A stretch of 64,000 nt of DNA, taken from Arachnia sp. (GTDB lineage Bacteria > Actinomycetota > Actinomycetes > Propionibacteriales > Propionibacteriaceae). Made by a program: the position numbers and the translations under genes. The notes beneath the pieces were generated by a model. The model saw nothing but the letters and a program-made list of their open reading frames with translations, had not been told where the DNA came from and did not search any database. The stretch spans positions 14,385-78,384 of the forward strand of contig JBHADA010000037.1 in NCBI GenBank assembly GCA_041854805.1, written 5' to 3'. This document shows positions 18,550 to 30,519 of the stretch, piece after piece (within the stretch, counting starts at the first letter, position 1; each line of letters begins with the position of its first letter).

Positions 18550-19857
18550 TCACCCCACGCGGATCAGCGACAGAAACATTGCGTCGGTGCCGTGGCGCTG
18601 GGGCCACAGTTGGACATCTTCGTCCACCGCTGCTTTCTCCACGCCCGGCAGCATTTCGGCGGCGTGGATGCGCCGAGACCCTCCGCGCTGCCGAAGCACG
18701 TCGTCGACGACCTCCCGCGTCTCCGCCCACAACGGCGAACAGGTCACATAGGCCACGATGCCGCCTGGAACGACTGAGTCGAGGGCCGAACGCAGCAGTG
18801 CGCGTTGAAGCGACGCCAGCGAGGCCACGTCACTGGGCATGCGACGCCAACGGGATTCGGGGCGGCGGCGCAGAGAGCCCAGCCCGGAGCAAGGGACGTC
18901 CACCATGACTCGCGCGAACGACCTACCCCACGCGGGCCGAGTGCCGTCAGCCACAACAACCGCCGTCCCGTCTGGGTAGGCAGCCAGCGCCGAACGCACC
19001 AATCGGGCCCGGTGTTCCTGAGCCTCCCCGGCCAAGAGCCATGTGCCCCGCCGACGGGCTAGCCCAGCCAGTAGCGCCGCTTTACCTCCCGGCCCGGCGC
19101 ACATGTCGAGCCATGGCCCGTCCGGAGCATCGACGCGCGACAATGCCCAGGCCACGAGTTGAGATCCCTCGTCCTGCACCCCAGCGCGTCCCTTCCGCAC
19201 CAGCGGCTGCTGGGCGGGCACAAGGCTCGATGTCGCCCCGAAGGGAGACAACGGCGTTGGGGTGGCGTCGAGTAGGTCCGCCACCCGGGACAGCCCGGGA
19301 CGCACCACCAAGGTGGGCCTTGGCGAGACATTGTTGGCGGCCAAGGCCTCGGCGAGTTCCTGGGCGGGAAGAAGGCGCGCGTACTCCTCCACAATCCAGC
19401 GCGGATGATGCTGGCGCACCGCCAAGGCCCCCAGCTCGTCCTCACCCGACGCCAACTGATCGAGCCACTCGGCCATCGGCTTGGCGGCCACCTTCCGCAA
19501 CACCGCGTTGACTAGGCCGGTGACCCGTTGTCCTACGCTCTGACGCGCTAGGTCCACCGTGCTTCCGACGGCGGCATAGGCCTTGAGGCCCATGCTCAAC
19601 GCCTGGTGACAGCCCAACCGCAGGATGTCGACGACGGCCGGCTGCATCGACCCCAGCCTCCGTCCAGCGGCGACCTCAATGATCCGGTCATAGGTGCCCT
19701 GTAGCCGGCAAGTGCCCGCCACCAACTCAGTGACCAGACCAGCGTCTCGTTCGTCGAGCCCCGCGGAGGCGAGACGCTTGGTCACCGCAAGGTTCGCGTA
19801 GGCCCCTTCCCCCGTGACCTGTCGCAGGACGTCGAAGGCGACCTTGCGCGGGTTCAC
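18550..19857 (-). CDS. rsmB: RsmB/Sun (NOL1/NOP2) rRNA m5C methyltransferase
   Basis: NusB-like N-terminus, VQDEGSQL, LDMCAGPGGK, DVPCSGLG, YVTCSP. Start GTG 19857. Confidence 0.93.
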   Translation of the reverse strand: MNPRKVAFDVLRQVTGEGAYANLAVTKRLASAGLDERDAGLVTELVAGTCRLQGTYDRIIEVAAGRRLGSMQPAVVDILRLGCHQALSMGLKAYAAVGSTVDLARQSVGQRVTGLVNAVLRKVAAKPMAEWLDQLASGEDELGALAVRQHHPRWIVEEYARLLPAQELAEALAANNVSPRPTLVVRPGLSRVADLLDATPTPLSPFGATSSLVPAQQPLVRKGRAGVQDEGSQLVAWALSRVDAPDGPWLDMCAGPGGKAALLAGLARRRGTWLLAGEAQEHRARLVRSALAAYPDGTAVVVADGTRPAWGRSFARVMVDVPCSGLGSLRRRPESRWRRMPSDVASLASLQRALLRSALDSVVPGGIVAYVTCSPLWAETREVVDDVLRQRGGSRRIHAAEMLPGVEKAAVDEDVQLWPQRHGTDAMFLSLIRVG

Positions 19858-20765
19858 CGCAGCCTCCTCCCCATCACGCCCGCACGTGCCCAATCGATGG
19901 CGGGCATCCGTCGCTTCCCGGATGCCTGCACCTCGAGGAGTTCCAAGGTTGCCTCACCCGTGCCGACGAAGACTTGACGCTTCGTGACCGCCAGCTCGCC
20001 GGGCACCAGAGGTTGGGGTTCAGCCACAGCAGCCCGGAACACCTTGAGCCGGGCACCTTCGAACTCACACCACGCTCCCGGGTCCGGCGAGCAACCCAAC
20101 ACGAGGTTGCGTAGAGTCACGGCGGGTAGGTTCCAATCAATCCGTGCTTCTGCGGGAGTGACCTTGGGTGCGATGGTGATTCCCTCGGCGGCCTGAGGTG
20201 TGGGCTCGACTCCGGAGGCCACCAAGTCGACGGCCTTCACTAACTGGGCCGCGCCGGAGACCGCTAACTCCCGCAAGACCTCGCCGGCGGTGGCCTCCGG
20301 CATGGGCCGCGGCTCCATGAGGTAGACATCGCCTGCGTCCAGTTCACGCACGATCCTGAAGCACGAGGTGCCGATCTCGGAGTCGCCGGCCATGATGGCG
20401 CGCTGCACGGGGGCGGCGCCTCGCCACCGCGGAAGCAATGAGAAGTGCAGGTTGAGCCATCCATGGATGGGGATATCTAGCGCGGATCGCGGTAAAAGAG
20501 CCCCATAGGCAACAACGGGGCAAAGGTCGGGGTTGAGTTCCCGCAGACGTTCCTGGAAATCAGGATCACGGGGATGGGCAGGCTTGAGCACCTCAAGCCC
20601 AAGGGCCTCGGCATGGGTCGCCACGGGAGACGCTGCCAGCCTCCGGCCACGGCCTGCGGGGGCATCGGGTCTGGTAACGACGGCTGCCACCTCGTGCGCC
20701 GACGCGTGCAATGCGTCGAGCGACGCGATGGCCGCCTCTGGCGTTCCTGCAAAGACGAGCCTCAT
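19854..20765 (-). CDS. fmt: Methionyl-tRNA formyltransferase
   Basis: MRLVFAGTPE, VVAYGALL, NLHFSLLPRWRGAAPVQ. Confidence 0.96.
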   Translation of the reverse strand: MRLVFAGTPEAAIASLDALHASAHEVAAVVTRPDAPAGRGRRLAASPVATHAEALGLEVLKPAHPRDPDFQERLRELNPDLCPVVAYGALLPRSALDIPIHGWLNLHFSLLPRWRGAAPVQRAIMAGDSEIGTSCFRIVRELDAGDVYLMEPRPMPEATAGEVLRELAVSGAAQLVKAVDLVASGVEPTPQAAEGITIAPKVTPAEARIDWNLPAVTLRNLVLGCSPDPGAWCEFEGARLKVFRAAVAEPQPLVPGELAVTKRQVFVGTGEATLELLEVQASGKRRMPAIDWARAGVMGRRLR

Positions 20766-22690
20766 CAGTCCTCCAAGGTCTCGGGGTCGACATGAATGCT
20801 CAACTGGCCGGGTTCCTTACGCGCCGATCGGATGGCGGCGGCGTGCTTGATCCGGCTGGTCAGGGTGCGGGAACGTTCCATGGGCGCGCGGAGGAGTGCG
20901 GCCCATCGCCCACCGAGGGTCTCCGTGGGCCCGAGGAGTTCGATGCCGCTCCACTCGTCATTATCCAGGAACTGGCGCACGGCCTCCGAATCGCCGACAA
21001 CGCGAGCGACCTTGGCCGATGGAGGCAGACCGGCGTCGGCACGGTCGGCGAGTTCGCGCTGAATAAACCGGGGAAGGTCCGCTCGCACCATGGCCTGCAC
21101 GGCGGGGTGGGTGGACGGTCCCACGAGCAAAACGGAGCCGCCATCCTTCGGCGGACGGACGCGTGCGCAAGCCTTGGCCCAGCGGCGCACCGCCTCCTCC
21201 CCCGCCCGCAGGTTGGCCCGGTTGAGGGTGACCTCGCCGTCCAGGATGAGCGTCGCCGCGTACCCGCCAGGCACGGCTGGTTCGGCCCCCGGCGTGGCCA
21301 CGACGATGGCCGGCTCGGCGGGCGCCTCCTCCTTGATCCGGTCTCCAGAGCTGTTGATGGCGAGGACACCAGGGAAGGCACGAGCCAGTTCTTCAGCGGT
21401 TCGTTCGGCCCCTGCCAGCGGGGTGCTGAGCCCAGCGGTGTGGCAGTGCGGGCAGCGCCACACGGGCGGTTGGTGACCGCATAGGGAGCATTCGGCCACA
21501 TCCTTGACTCGCATTCGCATGGGCCCCTGACACTTGGGGCAAAGGGCACGGTTGCGGCAGCGTCGGCAGGTCAGGCTGGCCGCATAGCCCCTCATCGGCA
21601 CCTGGACCAGAACCGGACCTTGCGGAAGATGGTCACGCAGGAACCGAAACGCCACCGAAGGAATCCTCAACCGCGCCGCCACGGGGTCCCTCTCCCTGTC
21701 CACCTCGTCGACGGCCCGCACCGGGGGCTGCGTCCGGCGCGCTTCCTGCGCGGACAGGGCCACCTCCCCCAACCACCCGCGTTCGATCAACGCCTGAGCA
21801 TCCGTGCTACGCCCATGACCCGCCAGCAGCAAGGCCGTGGCCTCCTGCGCGGCGCGCAGCACCGCCACGGAACGTGCGTGCGGATAGGGCGCCTTGGGCT
21901 CGGCATAAGCGTCATTGCCGTCGTCAACGACCACAATGAGTCCCAAGTCCTTGATGGGGGCGAAGACGGCGCTACGAGTGCCCACGACGATGCGTGCTTC
22001 TCCTCGGCACGCGGCCAGGAAGGCCCGGTAGCGCGCGGATGGCCCCATGTCGCCTGACAGCACACCCACAGCCGCATGGCCGAAGGCGGCCCGCGCCCTC
22101 CTCGCCATGGCCGCAAGATCGCGCGCGGTGGGGACAACGATCACCACTCCCCGACCCGAGCCGAGAGTAGCCGCGGCGGCTTCGAGAACGCCACCAAACA
22201 GATCGCCAGGGCCGCGGTCCACGGCCGCGGCCAGCCAGGCGGCTCGCGGCGAGCGGCCCTCGCACAAAGCATTGAGCAGACTCTTCCCGCGGGGATAGGC
22301 CGGCAGCACCGTGGCGGGCTCGGGTGTTGCCGGTGACGGCCAGGTCCGTTGGGGCGCCTTCTCGGTGGTGGCGTGCCGCGGAGGGATCGCTAGCCGCGCG
22401 ACGTCCCACCAAGTGCCCGCGTAATGGTCCGCCACCGCGCGGATCAACCGGAACAGCCGCGGAGTGAGGATCTCCTCCGTGGAGACGACCCGCCTCAGCG
22501 AGGCGAGTTCGCTCGCCTCGGATTCGTCGGCGAGTTCCACCAGCCACCCATCCCGGCTCGTCCCGGCGAAAGGCACCTTGACCCGCACGCCAGGAACCGC
22601 GTCGCGCATCATCGGCTCAGGAATGGCGTAGTCGAAGAGCCGGTCAAGGTGGGCCAGCGGGATATCGACGGCGACCCGCGCCACGGGCAT
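20765..22690 (-). CDS. priA: Primosomal protein N' (actinobacterial, helicase-degenerate type)
   Basis: HLDRLFDY, VRVKVPFAG, VVGTRSAVFAP, eight-Cys zinc module (CRRC, CPKC, CSLC, CPHC). Start ATG 22690. Confidence 0.92.
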   Translation of the reverse strand: MPVARVAVDIPLAHLDRLFDYAIPEPMMRDAVPGVRVKVPFAGTSRDGWLVELADESEASELASLRRVVSTEEILTPRLFRLIRAVADHYAGTWWDVARLAIPPRHATTEKAPQRTWPSPATPEPATVLPAYPRGKSLLNALCEGRSPRAAWLAAAVDRGPGDLFGGVLEAAAATLGSGRGVVIVVPTARDLAAMARRARAAFGHAAVGVLSGDMGPSARYRAFLAACRGEARIVVGTRSAVFAPIKDLGLIVVVDDGNDAYAEPKAPYPHARSVAVLRAAQEATALLLAGHGRSTDAQALIERGWLGEVALSAQEARRTQPPVRAVDEVDRERDPVAARLRIPSVAFRFLRDHLPQGPVLVQVPMRGYAASLTCRRCRNRALCPKCQGPMRMRVKDVAECSLCGHQPPVWRCPHCHTAGLSTPLAGAERTAEELARAFPGVLAINSSGDRIKEEAPAEPAIVVATPGAEPAVPGGYAATLILDGEVTLNRANLRAGEEAVRRWAKACARVRPPKDGGSVLLVGPSTHPAVQAMVRADLPRFIQRELADRADAGLPPSAKVARVVGDSEAVRQFLDNDEWSGIELLGPTETLGGRWAALLRAPMERSRTLTSRIKHAAAIRSARKEPGQLSIHVDPETLED

Positions 22691-22694
22691 AGCG

Positions 22695-23879
22695 TCAGCC
22701 CTGAACGGCAGCCGCCAGCGCCTCAGCCCGATCGGTGCGTTCCCATGTGGCAGCCGGGATCTCGCGCCCAAAGTGGCCATAGACGGTCACATTGGAGAAG
22801 ACCGGCCGCAGCAGGTCAAGGTCGCGGATGATCGCTCCGGGCCGCAGGTCGAAGGTGGCCAGCACCGCGTCTCTGATCTGGTTCTCGGGCACCTTGGCGG
22901 TACCGAACGTGTCCAGATAGAAGCCAACCGGATGCGCCTTGCCGATGGCATAGGCCACCTGAACCTCGCAGCGTTCGGCGAGGCCCGCGGCGACCACGTT
23001 CTTGGCCACCCAACGCATGGCGTAAGCCGCGGAACGGTCCACCTTCGAGGGGTCCTTGCCCGAGAAGGCGCCGCCGCCGTGGCGAGCCATGCCACCGTAT
23101 GTATCGACGATGATCTTGCGTCCCGTCACCCCAGCGTCACCCATGGGCCCGCCGATGACGAACTTGCCCGTGGGATTGACCAGCACCCGCTCCGGCGTGG
23201 CGAAACCATAGCGGTCCAGCACCGGCGCGATGACGTGCCGCTTGAGGTCTGCGGCGATCTGCTCAGATGTCACGTCCTCGCGGTGCTGCGAACTGACCAC
23301 GACGGTATCGATGCCTCGTGGCTTACCTGTCTCGTCGTAGGCGACGGTGACCTGGGTCTTGCCATCTGGACGCAGATAGTCCAAGGTGGCGTCCTTGCGG
23401 ACCTGGGTAAGCCGCTCAGCGAGCCGATGCGCCACGTCGATGGGCAGCGGCATCAGGGCGGGGGTCTCGGTGCAGGCATAGCCGAACATCAGCCCCTGAT
23501 CGCCCGCTCCCTGGACGCTGGCCTGGTCGGCATCGGCCTCCACTCGATGCTCGTAGGCCTCATCGACTCCCTGCGCGATGTCTGGGGACTGCGCACCGAT
23601 GGCCACCGAGACACCACACGAGGCGCCGTCGAAGCCCTTGCTTGACGAGTCGTAGCCGATGTCAAGGATGCGTTGGCGGGCGACACCAGCCACGTCGACG
23701 TAGCCAGATGTGGACACCTCACCGGCAACGACGACGAGGCCCGTGGTAACCAGGGTCTCCACAGCGACGCGGGAGGCCGGGTCCTGCGCCAGCAACGAGT
23801 CAAGAACAGCGTCCGAGATGGAATCGGCGATCTTGTCCGGGTGGCCCTCCGTCACCGATTCCGATGTGAAGAGCCTCAC
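22695..23879 (-). CDS. metK: S-adenosylmethionine synthetase
   Basis: [28 protein letters not shown]. Confidence 0.98.
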   Translation of the reverse strand: MRLFTSESVTEGHPDKIADSISDAVLDSLLAQDPASRVAVETLVTTGLVVVAGEVSTSGYVDVAGVARQRILDIGYDSSSKGFDGASCGVSVAIGAQSPDIAQGVDEAYEHRVEADADQASVQGAGDQGLMFGYACTETPALMPLPIDVAHRLAERLTQVRKDATLDYLRPDGKTQVTVAYDETGKPRGIDTVVVSSQHREDVTSEQIAADLKRHVIAPVLDRYGFATPERVLVNPTGKFVIGGPMGDAGVTGRKIIVDTYGGMARHGGGAFSGKDPSKVDRSAAYAMRWVAKNVVAAGLAERCEVQVAYAIGKAHPVGFYLDTFGTAKVPENQIRDAVLATFDLRPGAIIRDLDLLRPVFSNVTVYGHFGREIPAATWERTDRAEALAAAVQG

Positions 23880-24217
23880 TGCGCGGTCGATTCTGTCTCG
23901 GCAAAGGGATCCACGAACGTGAACGAGGGGTCGATCTCTGCGGTCGCGGCCGCCTCGACCTCGGCCGGGTCGACCTCGCTATAGCGCAGCATGCCGTCGT
24001 TGATCTCGCGCAGCGCGATGGTCAGGGGCTTCTCCTCGGGCGCGGCAGCGACCATGGGGCCCACGTTCTCCAGCAAACCCTCGCCCAGTTGGGAGTAGTA
24101 GGCGTTGATCTGACGGGCTCGCTTGGCGGCAAACAGCACCAGCCTGTACTTGGAGTCGATGTTCTCCAGCAGGGTGTCGACGGGCGGGTTGGTGATGCCT
24201 TCGGGTTGAATGCTCAA
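23876..24217 (-). CDS. rpoZ: RNA polymerase omega subunit
   Basis: [10 protein letters not shown]...[30 protein letters not shown]. Confidence 0.95.
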   Translation of the reverse strand: MSIQPEGITNPPVDTLLENIDSKYRLVLFAAKRARQINAYYSQLGEGLLENVGPMVAAAPEEKPLTIALREINDGMLRYSEVDPAEVEAAATAEIDPSFTFVDPFAETESTAQ

Positions 24218-24250
24218 AGTTGATCCTTTATCGGGAACTCCAGGCTTGGG

Positions 24251-24805
24251 TCACAAGCCCATCAAGCCTACCAAAGCCGCCACGGTTTCCTCGATCTCGG
24301 TGTTACACACCACGTGATCGGCCTCGTCCACGGCGGCTAGTTCCTCCTGTGCGGTGGCGAGGCGACGCCGCCGTGTAGCCTCGTCCTCGGTGCCCCGCCC
24401 ACGCAGGCGAGCGACCAACTCCTCCCATGATGGCGGGGTGAGGAAGACCAATCGCGCCTCAGGCAAGTTCTGCTTGATCTGCCGCGCCCCTTGAAGATCG
24501 ATCTCAAGCACCACGTGGCGTCCCGACTCCAAAGCCTCGCGGACGGGCCCACTGGGAGTCCCGTAGTAGTTGCTCCCATGCACCACGGCCCATTCCAGAA
24601 GCTTCCCACCGTCGATGAGCGCGCGGAACTCATCCACGGTGACGAAGTGATAGTCCTGGCCGTCGACCTCCCCAGGCCGCGCCGGTCGCGTCGTCCACGA
24701 AACGGAGTAATGCACCTCCGGATGCAACTGCTTCAAGCGCGCGCAGACAGTCCCCTTGCCGACCCCGCTGGGACCGGAAATCACCCACACGTGAGATTCA
24801 GACAC
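24251..24805 (-). CDS. gmk: Guanylate kinase
   Basis: SGPSGVGKGT, SVSWTTRPARPGEVDG, YYGTP, LEIDLQGA. Confidence 0.97.
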   Translation of the reverse strand: MSESHVWVISGPSGVGKGTVCARLKQLHPEVHYSVSWTTRPARPGEVDGQDYHFVTVDEFRALIDGGKLLEWAVVHGSNYYGTPSGPVREALESGRHVVLEIDLQGARQIKQNLPEARLVFLTPPSWEELVARLRGRGTEDEATRRRRLATAQEELAAVDEADHVVCNTEIEETVAALVGLMGL

Positions 24806-24830
24806 GCGGGCAGCCTACGCGCTGGTAGGT

Positions 24831-25142
24831 CTACTTGAACAGTTCCGTGAGCCTCAGCACCTGATGTCGCCCCAGGCCGCGAATCCGTCGGTTGGGAGCG
24901 ATGTTCAGGTTCTCCATGATCTCGGTAGCGCGGGTGATGCCCACCCGCGGCACGGACCGCAGGAGGTCCACCACCTTGATACGGGACAAGGTGTCGTCTC
25001 CCACTGCCTTGGTGAGGGCATCGGCAAACGAGAGCTGTCCAGACTTGACTTGCTCCTTCAGCTCAGCACGCGCACGCCGAGCCTCTGTAGCAGCCTCGCG
25101 TGCTGCCTCAAGCTGTGCGGAGCTCAGTTGAGGAATCGCCAT
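24831..25142 (-). CDS. mihF: Actinobacterial integration host factor
   Basis: ARRARAELK..VK.G, LLRSVPRVG, IAPNRRIRGLG. Start ATG 25142. Confidence 0.92.
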   Translation of the reverse strand: MAIPQLSSAQLEAAREAATEARRARAELKEQVKSGQLSFADALTKAVGDDTLSRIKVVDLLRSVPRVGITRATEIMENLNIAPNRRIRGLGRHQVLRLTELFK

Positions 25143-25232
25143 TGGAAGTCCCTTCTCCATACCCCGGGGGCCACACCCCGTTCCTGGAAATGTACCGCCT
25201 TTGGCTAACGATTGCTCGTATCTTGACAGGAT

Positions 25233-26042
25233 TTACCCGTCGTTGTGCCAAGCAATGATGAGCCGCTCGGCCCGCTCCAGCAAAACCCCTTGTCCGGAGC
25301 CGATGACCTCTCGGCTCGCAGTGGGAAGGACGTGCAGCATCGCGTGGCCAAATGTGTCGCGCAGCCCCGCAATGGTGCCGCCTTGGGCCCCGATGCCGGG
25401 CACCAGCACCGATGCATTGAACTCACCGAGGTCGCATCCGAGATCCCGGTGGGTGCCGCCAACCACCAAACCGATGGAGTAATCGGCACTACGATTGATT
25501 TCGGTGACGGTGTCGACCACGTGTTGCGCCACGGTGCCGCTGCCGGACGTAGCCAACTGGACGGCCGCGCCTTCCGGGTTCGAGGTGCGCGCCAGCACGT
25601 AGAGTCCTTGCCCTCCCGCGACGGCCGCATCGATGGCCGGCCGCAACGCCTCCACCCCGAGATAGGGGCTGACTGTGATCGCGTCGGCGCGCAGCGGGGC
25701 GTCGTGCCCGAGGTAGGCCTCGGCATAGCCGACCATGGACGACCCGATGTCGCCGCGTTTGACGTCGAGGATGCTGAGTGCCCCGGCAGCAGCGATGTCG
25801 GCGAGGACACGCTCTAATACGGCCACTCCGCGGGCACCGAACGCCTCGAAGAAGGCTGACTGGGGCTTGAACACAGCCACCCGCTCCCCCAGGGTCTCGA
25901 CGATCCCACGGGCGCACCGCTCGAGACCGGCGAGGTCATGACCCAGGCCCCAGGCTTCGAGCACGGAGGCCATGGGATCGATCCCCACGCAGAGCCGCCC
26001 CCGGGTCTCGATGGCGGCGGCGAGTCGTTGGGCGTAGGTCAT
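25233..26042 (-). CDS. pyrF: Orotidine-5'-phosphate decarboxylase
   Basis: CVGIDP, FKPQSAFFE, DVKRGDIGSS, TVSPYLG, LVPGIGAQGG. Confidence 0.96.
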   Translation of the reverse strand: MTYAQRLAAAIETRGRLCVGIDPMASVLEAWGLGHDLAGLERCARGIVETLGERVAVFKPQSAFFEAFGARGVAVLERVLADIAAAGALSILDVKRGDIGSSMVGYAEAYLGHDAPLRADAITVSPYLGVEALRPAIDAAVAGGQGLYVLARTSNPEGAAVQLATSGSGTVAQHVVDTVTEINRSADYSIGLVVGGTHRDLGCDLGEFNASVLVPGIGAQGGTIAGLRDTFGHAMLHVLPTASREVIGSGQGVLLERAERLIIAWHNDG

Positions 26043-27085
26043 GCTCGTCTCCTGAACTCGTGGATGCCCCGTACCAAGGCCGGACCTTCATAGATGAAGC
26101 CGGTGTAGAGCTGTACCAGCACGGCGCCCGCGTTGAACATACGGTCCGCGTCGGCTGGGGTCATGATGCCTCCCGCCCCGATGACGGGAAGGCCGATACC
26201 AGCGAGGGATTCGACGAAGGCCAACGCCTTCGCTGTGAGGGGGCGTCCGCTGAGTCCCCCGGCCTCCGCAGCCAGCCAACGGTCGGCGGGTTCCAAGCCC
26301 TCACGGGAGAGGGTGGTATTGGTGGCGATGAGGCCGGATGCCGCTGAGTCGCGCAGCACCGCGAGGGTCTCGACGAGGTCAGAACCGGCCAGGTCGGGGG
26401 CCAGCTTGACGAAGACCGGAACCGGCGCGAAGGAAAGCGCTGCGGCCTCATCGGTCAGCGCCGCCACAAGGGTTCCAAGCTCGTGGGCCTGCTGCAGGCT
26501 GCGTAGCCCTGGCGTGTTGGGACTGGACACATTGATGGCGATGTAGTCGGCGTGGCTGGCCAGCAGTCGCAGCGAGGTGAGGTAGTCCTGCACCGCCCCG
26601 GGCAGAGGCGTCATCTTGGATTTGCCAATGGAGATCCCCAGCGGGATTCCCGCCGCCTGGTTTCCCCGCTGGACGCCGATGCGCGCCAGTTCACGGGCCA
26701 GCGCCGCCGCGCCATGGTTGTTAAACCCCATCCGGTTCACGATGGCCTTCGAGTCGACCGCCCGGAACATCCTGGGTTTGGGATTACCCGGCTGCGCCAA
26801 TGCGGTGACGGTGCCCAATTCGGCGAACCCGAAGCCGAATCTCGCCCATGCGCGCGCCGCGATGCCATCCTTGTCAAGGCCGGCGGCCACGCCCACCCGG
26901 TTCGGAAACGAGACGCCGGCCACCGTGACGGGGTCGGCCACCGCCGCTCTGCCCGGGGTGGGCACCTTGGCCAATGCGGCGATCATGTCCTCGTGAACTC
27001 GCTCCGGGTTCCCGCCCGCGTAGCGGAACAAGCCATGGCGCAGCAGGTGGTACCCCCCGCGCAGGATTCGGGTGCTCGGCCTCAC
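26039..27085 (-). CDS. pyrD: Quinone-dependent dihydroorotate dehydrogenase
   Basis: [34 protein letters not shown]. Start GTG 27085. Confidence 0.95.
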   Translation of the reverse strand: MRPSTRILRGGYHLLRHGLFRYAGGNPERVHEDMIAALAKVPTPGRAAVADPVTVAGVSFPNRVGVAAGLDKDGIAARAWARFGFGFAELGTVTALAQPGNPKPRMFRAVDSKAIVNRMGFNNHGAAALARELARIGVQRGNQAAGIPLGISIGKSKMTPLPGAVQDYLTSLRLLASHADYIAINVSSPNTPGLRSLQQAHELGTLVAALTDEAAALSFAPVPVFVKLAPDLAGSDLVETLAVLRDSAASGLIATNTTLSREGLEPADRWLAAEAGGLSGRPLTAKALAFVESLAGIGLPVIGAGGIMTPADADRMFNAGAVLVQLYTGFIYEGPALVRGIHEFRRRA

Positions 27086-30000
27086 GATGCCGCCCACTCC
27101 TGCAAGGATCGAACCTCGATCTCGCCGCGCTGCAGTGCCTCGATGCCTTGGGTAGCGGCCGCCAGTCCTGGCACGGTCGTGATGGCGGGCACCTCGGCGA
27201 ATACGGCGGCCGTGCGGATGAGGTACCCATCCTTTCGGGTGGACTCGCCGGAGGCGGAACCCTCTGGGATGTTGAAAATGAGGTCGATCTCACCCGATGT
27301 GATGAGGTCGAAGATGCTGGGCTGGGTGTTCGAGGGATCCATCTCGGAGATCTTGTGCAGAATCTGACAGGGCACCCCATTACGGCGCAACACCGATGCG
27401 GTTCCAGTGGTGGCGAGCACGGTGAATCCCAGGTCGACGAGCCGTTTGATGGGCCAGATCGCGTGGCGCTTGTCCCGATTCGCGATGGAGACAAACAGAG
27501 TCCCTCCCGTGGGCAGGGGCCAGCCTCCCGCCGCTTGAGACTTGGCGTAGGCGGTGCCGAAGTTGTCGGACAGCCCCATTACCTCGCCCGTTGAACGCAT
27601 TTCGGGACCGAGCAGGGTGTCGATCAAGGAGCCGGTGCTGGTGCGGAACCGATTGAATGGCATGACCGCCTCCTTGACCGCCACCGGGCTGCCTGGCAAC
27701 AGCGTCGTGCCGTCTCCGTCGGCGCGGAGCATGCCTTGAGCCCGCAGGTCGGTGATGCTGCGGCCCATCATGATCAGGGCGGCCGCCTTGGCCAACGGCG
27801 TGGCCGTGGCCTTGGAGACGAAAGGCACCGTGCGTGACGCCCTGGGGTTGGCTTCGAGGACGTAGAGGGTATCCGCGTGGAAGGCGAACTGGATGTTGAG
27901 CAGGCCACGCACGCCCACACCCTCGGCGATCTTGCCCGTGTAGTGGCGGATCCGGTCCAGGACCGCTCCGCCGAGGGTGATGGGTGGCAGTGAACACGCC
28001 GAGTCACCGGAGTGGATGCCTGCCTCCTCGATGTGCTCCATCACGCCCCCCATGTAGAGTTCCTGCCCGTCATAGAGGGCATCCACGTCGATCTCCACCG
28101 CATCGTCGAGGAAACGATCCACCAGTACAGGCTGGTCCTCGCTGACCTCGGTCGCCTTGGCGACATAGGTCTCGAGAGCCTCGTCGTTGTAGACGATCTG
28201 CATTCCTCTTCCGCCCAGCACGTAGCTGGGACGCACCAGTACGGGGTAGCCGATCTCGCCGGCGATGGCCTTGGCCTCCTCGGCAGATGCCGCCATGCCG
28301 TGCTTGGGGGCGGGCAGGCCGGCCCGGGTCAGCACCCGGCCGAACGCGCCGCGTTCCTCTGCAAGGTTGATCGCTTCCGGGGACGTGCCAACGATGGGCA
28401 CCCCAGCGTCCTTGAGCCCTTGAGCCAGTTTGAGGGGGGTCTGCCCGCCGAGTTGGCAGATCACGCCGGCCACCGGGCCTGCCTGGAGCTCGGCGCGGTA
28501 GATCTCCAGCACGTCCTCGGCGGTCAAGGGTTCGAAGTAGAGTCGGTCCGAGGTGTCGTAGTCGGTGGAAACGGTCTCCGGGTTGCAGTTGACCATGACG
28601 GTCTCGTACCCCGCCTCGCGCAGCGCCATGGTGGCGTGCACGCAGGAGTAATCGAACTCAATGCCTTGGCCGATCCGGTTTGGCCCAGAGCCCAGGATGA
28701 GCACGGCATCCTTGGTTCGGGTGGGTACCTCCGTCTCCTCGTCGTAGGAGGAATAGAGGTACGGGGTCTTGGCGGCGAACTCGGCGGCACACGTGTCGAC
28801 CGCCTTGTAGACAGGCCTGATCCCCAAGGCCCACCGCACGCCACGCACCACGTCGGTGTCGAGGTTGCGCAGCACTGCGATCTGGGAGTCGGCCAAGCCG
28901 TGGCGCTTGGCCGTGCGGAGCAGGTCCGGGGTGAGGTCGCGGGCCTCGCGCACCTCACGAGCCACGTCGGCGATGATGGCGAGCTGATCGAGGAACCAGG
29001 GATCGATCTTGGTGGCGTCGAAGAGCTGCTCGACGGAGGCACCCGCAACGAGCGCGCGCATGACGAGCTGGACCCTCCCATCGTGCGGCAGGGCAGCGGC
29101 AGCGACCAGGTCATCGGCGCTCTCAGTGGCGGGGTCGAAACGGAACGGGGCCTTTGGATCCTCAAGGGAACGCAGGGCCTTGCCGAGGGCTTCGGTGAAG
29201 TTGCGGCCGATCCCCATCGCCTCGCCCACAGACTTCATGTGGGTGGTCAGCACCGGATCCGCGGCCGGGAATTTCTCGAACGCGAACCGTGGGATCTTGA
29301 CGATGACGTAGTCGAGGCTGGGCTCGAAGCTGGCCGGGGTCTCGCGGGTGATGTCGTTGGGGATCTCGTCGAGGGTGTAGCCGACGGCCACCTTGGCTGC
29401 GATCTTGGCGATCGGAAACCCGGTTGCCTTGGACGCCAGCGCCGACGAGCGCGACACGCGTGGGTTCATCTCGATCACGATCATCCGCCCGTCGGCGGGG
29501 TTGATGGCGAACTGGATGTTGCAGCCGCCGGTATCGACGCCTACGGCCCGGATGACGCCGATGCCCACGTCGCGCATGCGCTGGTATTCGCGGTCTGTGA
29601 GCGTCATGGCCGGGGCAACTGTGATGGAGTCGCCGGTGTGCACGCCCATCGGGTCGAAATTCTCGATCGAGCAGATGATGACGACATTGTCCGCCTTGTC
29701 GCGCATCACCTCCAGTTCGTACTCCTTCCACCCGAGGATGGACTCCTCGATGAGTACCTCTGTCACCGGGGATGCGGCCAGTCCCGCCCCGGCGATGGCG
29801 CGCAGGTCCTCCTCGTCGTGGGCGAAGCCCGATCCCACTCCCCCCATGGTGAACGACGGTCGCACCACGACGGGGTAGCCCAGCTCGTCCGCCGCGGTCA
29901 GCACCTCGTCCATGCTGTGGCAGATCCGGGACCGTGCCACCTCTGGCGCACCGCCGGGGATATCGGTGAGCCCTTGCACGATCTCCTTGAACTGTTCGCG

Positions 30001-30384
30001 GTCCTCGCCACGCTGGATCGCCTCGATGGAGGCGCCGATCAGTTCGACGCCGTACTTGGCCAACACTCCGTTCTCGTGAAGCGTCACCGCGATGTTGAGC
30101 GCGGTCTGCCCGCCCAGGGTGGCAAGCACGGCATCGGGGCGCTCCTTGGCGATGACCTTTTCCACGAACTCCGGCGTGATCGGCTCGACGTAGGTGGCAT
30201 CGGCGAAGTCCGGGTCGGTCATGATGGTGGCCGGGTTGGAGTTGACCAGCACCACCCGGAACCCCTCCTCGCGCAACACCCGGCAGGCCTGGGTACCGGA
30301 GTAGTCGAACTCGCAAGCCTGCCCGATGATGATGGGGCCAGAGCCGATCACCAGGATGGAGGAGATATCAGTTCGTCTTGGCAT
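27082..30384 (-). CDS. carB: Carbamoyl-phosphate synthase large subunit
   Basis: [28 protein letters not shown], two ATP-grasp domains, MGS domain. Confidence 0.98.
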   Translation of the reverse strand: MPRRTDISSILVIGSGPIIIGQACEFDYSGTQACRVLREEGFRVVLVNSNPATIMTDPDFADATYVEPITPEFVEKVIAKERPDAVLATLGGQTALNIAVTLHENGVLAKYGVELIGASIEAIQRGEDREQFKEIVQGLTDIPGGAPEVARSRICHSMDEVLTAADELGYPVVVRPSFTMGGVGSGFAHDEEDLRAIAGAGLAASPVTEVLIEESILGWKEYELEVMRDKADNVVIICSIENFDPMGVHTGDSITVAPAMTLTDREYQRMRDVGIGVIRAVGVDTGGCNIQFAINPADGRMIVIEMNPRVSRSSALASKATGFPIAKIAAKVAVGYTLDEIPNDITRETPASFEPSLDYVIVKIPRFAFEKFPAADPVLTTHMKSVGEAMGIGRNFTEALGKALRSLEDPKAPFRFDPATESADDLVAAAALPHDGRVQLVMRALVAGASVEQLFDATKIDPWFLDQLAIIADVAREVREARDLTPDLLRTAKRHGLADSQIAVLRNLDTDVVRGVRWALGIRPVYKAVDTCAAEFAAKTPYLYSSYDEETEVPTRTKDAVLILGSGPNRIGQGIEFDYSCVHATMALREAGYETVMVNCNPETVSTDYDTSDRLYFEPLTAEDVLEIYRAELQAGPVAGVICQLGGQTPLKLAQGLKDAGVPIVGTSPEAINLAEERGAFGRVLTRAGLPAPKHGMAASAEEAKAIAGEIGYPVLVRPSYVLGGRGMQIVYNDEALETYVAKATEVSEDQPVLVDRFLDDAVEIDVDALYDGQELYMGGVMEHIEEAGIHSGDSACSLPPITLGGAVLDRIRHYTGKIAEGVGVRGLLNIQFAFHADTLYVLEANPRASRTVPFVSKATATPLAKAAALIMMGRSITDLRAQGMLRADGDGTTLLPGSPVAVKEAVMPFNRFRTSTGSLIDTLLGPEMRSTGEVMGLSDNFGTAYAKSQAAGGWPLPTGGTLFVSIANRDKRHAIWPIKRLVDLGFTVLATTGTASVLRRNGVPCQILHKISEMDPSNTQPSIFDLITSGEIDLIFNIPEGSASGESTRKDGYLIRTAAVFAEVPAITTVPGLAAATQGIEALQRGEIEVRSLQEWAAS

Positions 30385-30517
30385 CGCTTTCCTTAGGGTG
30401 TACTGACGAGAAACCGGACCCCGTCGCGGAACCGGATGAAGCTAGCAGTTTGGGCAATAGGCAACGCAGTGTCGCAGGCATGGAGTAGCCCTCGACGAGG
30501 AAGTCGATGTGCGTCAC
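30368..30517 (-). pseudogene. Truncated DUF4276-like gene (only about 25 N-terminal family residues retained; 49-aa ORF not in the ORF track)
   Basis: GTG 30517 starts 2 nt after the ATPase stop and reads MTHIDFLVEGYSMPATLRCLLPKLL, resembling the hxhLVEExSxxxxLxxLLPKhL start of DUF4276 proteins. It then loses similarity and stops at 30368 inside the carB start region. Confidence 0.65.
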
Positions 30518-30519
30518 GT

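Noticed and set aside
20765-22690. PriA lacks a Walker A and DEAH box
   Set aside because: Helicase-degenerate PriA is a known feature of actinobacteria, so it is neither a pseudogene nor novel.
28012-30396. 794-aa antisense ORF over carB, and similar long ORFs opposite metH, dnaG and rarA
   Set aside because: Shadow frames expected from high-GC codon bias; no recognisable motifs.
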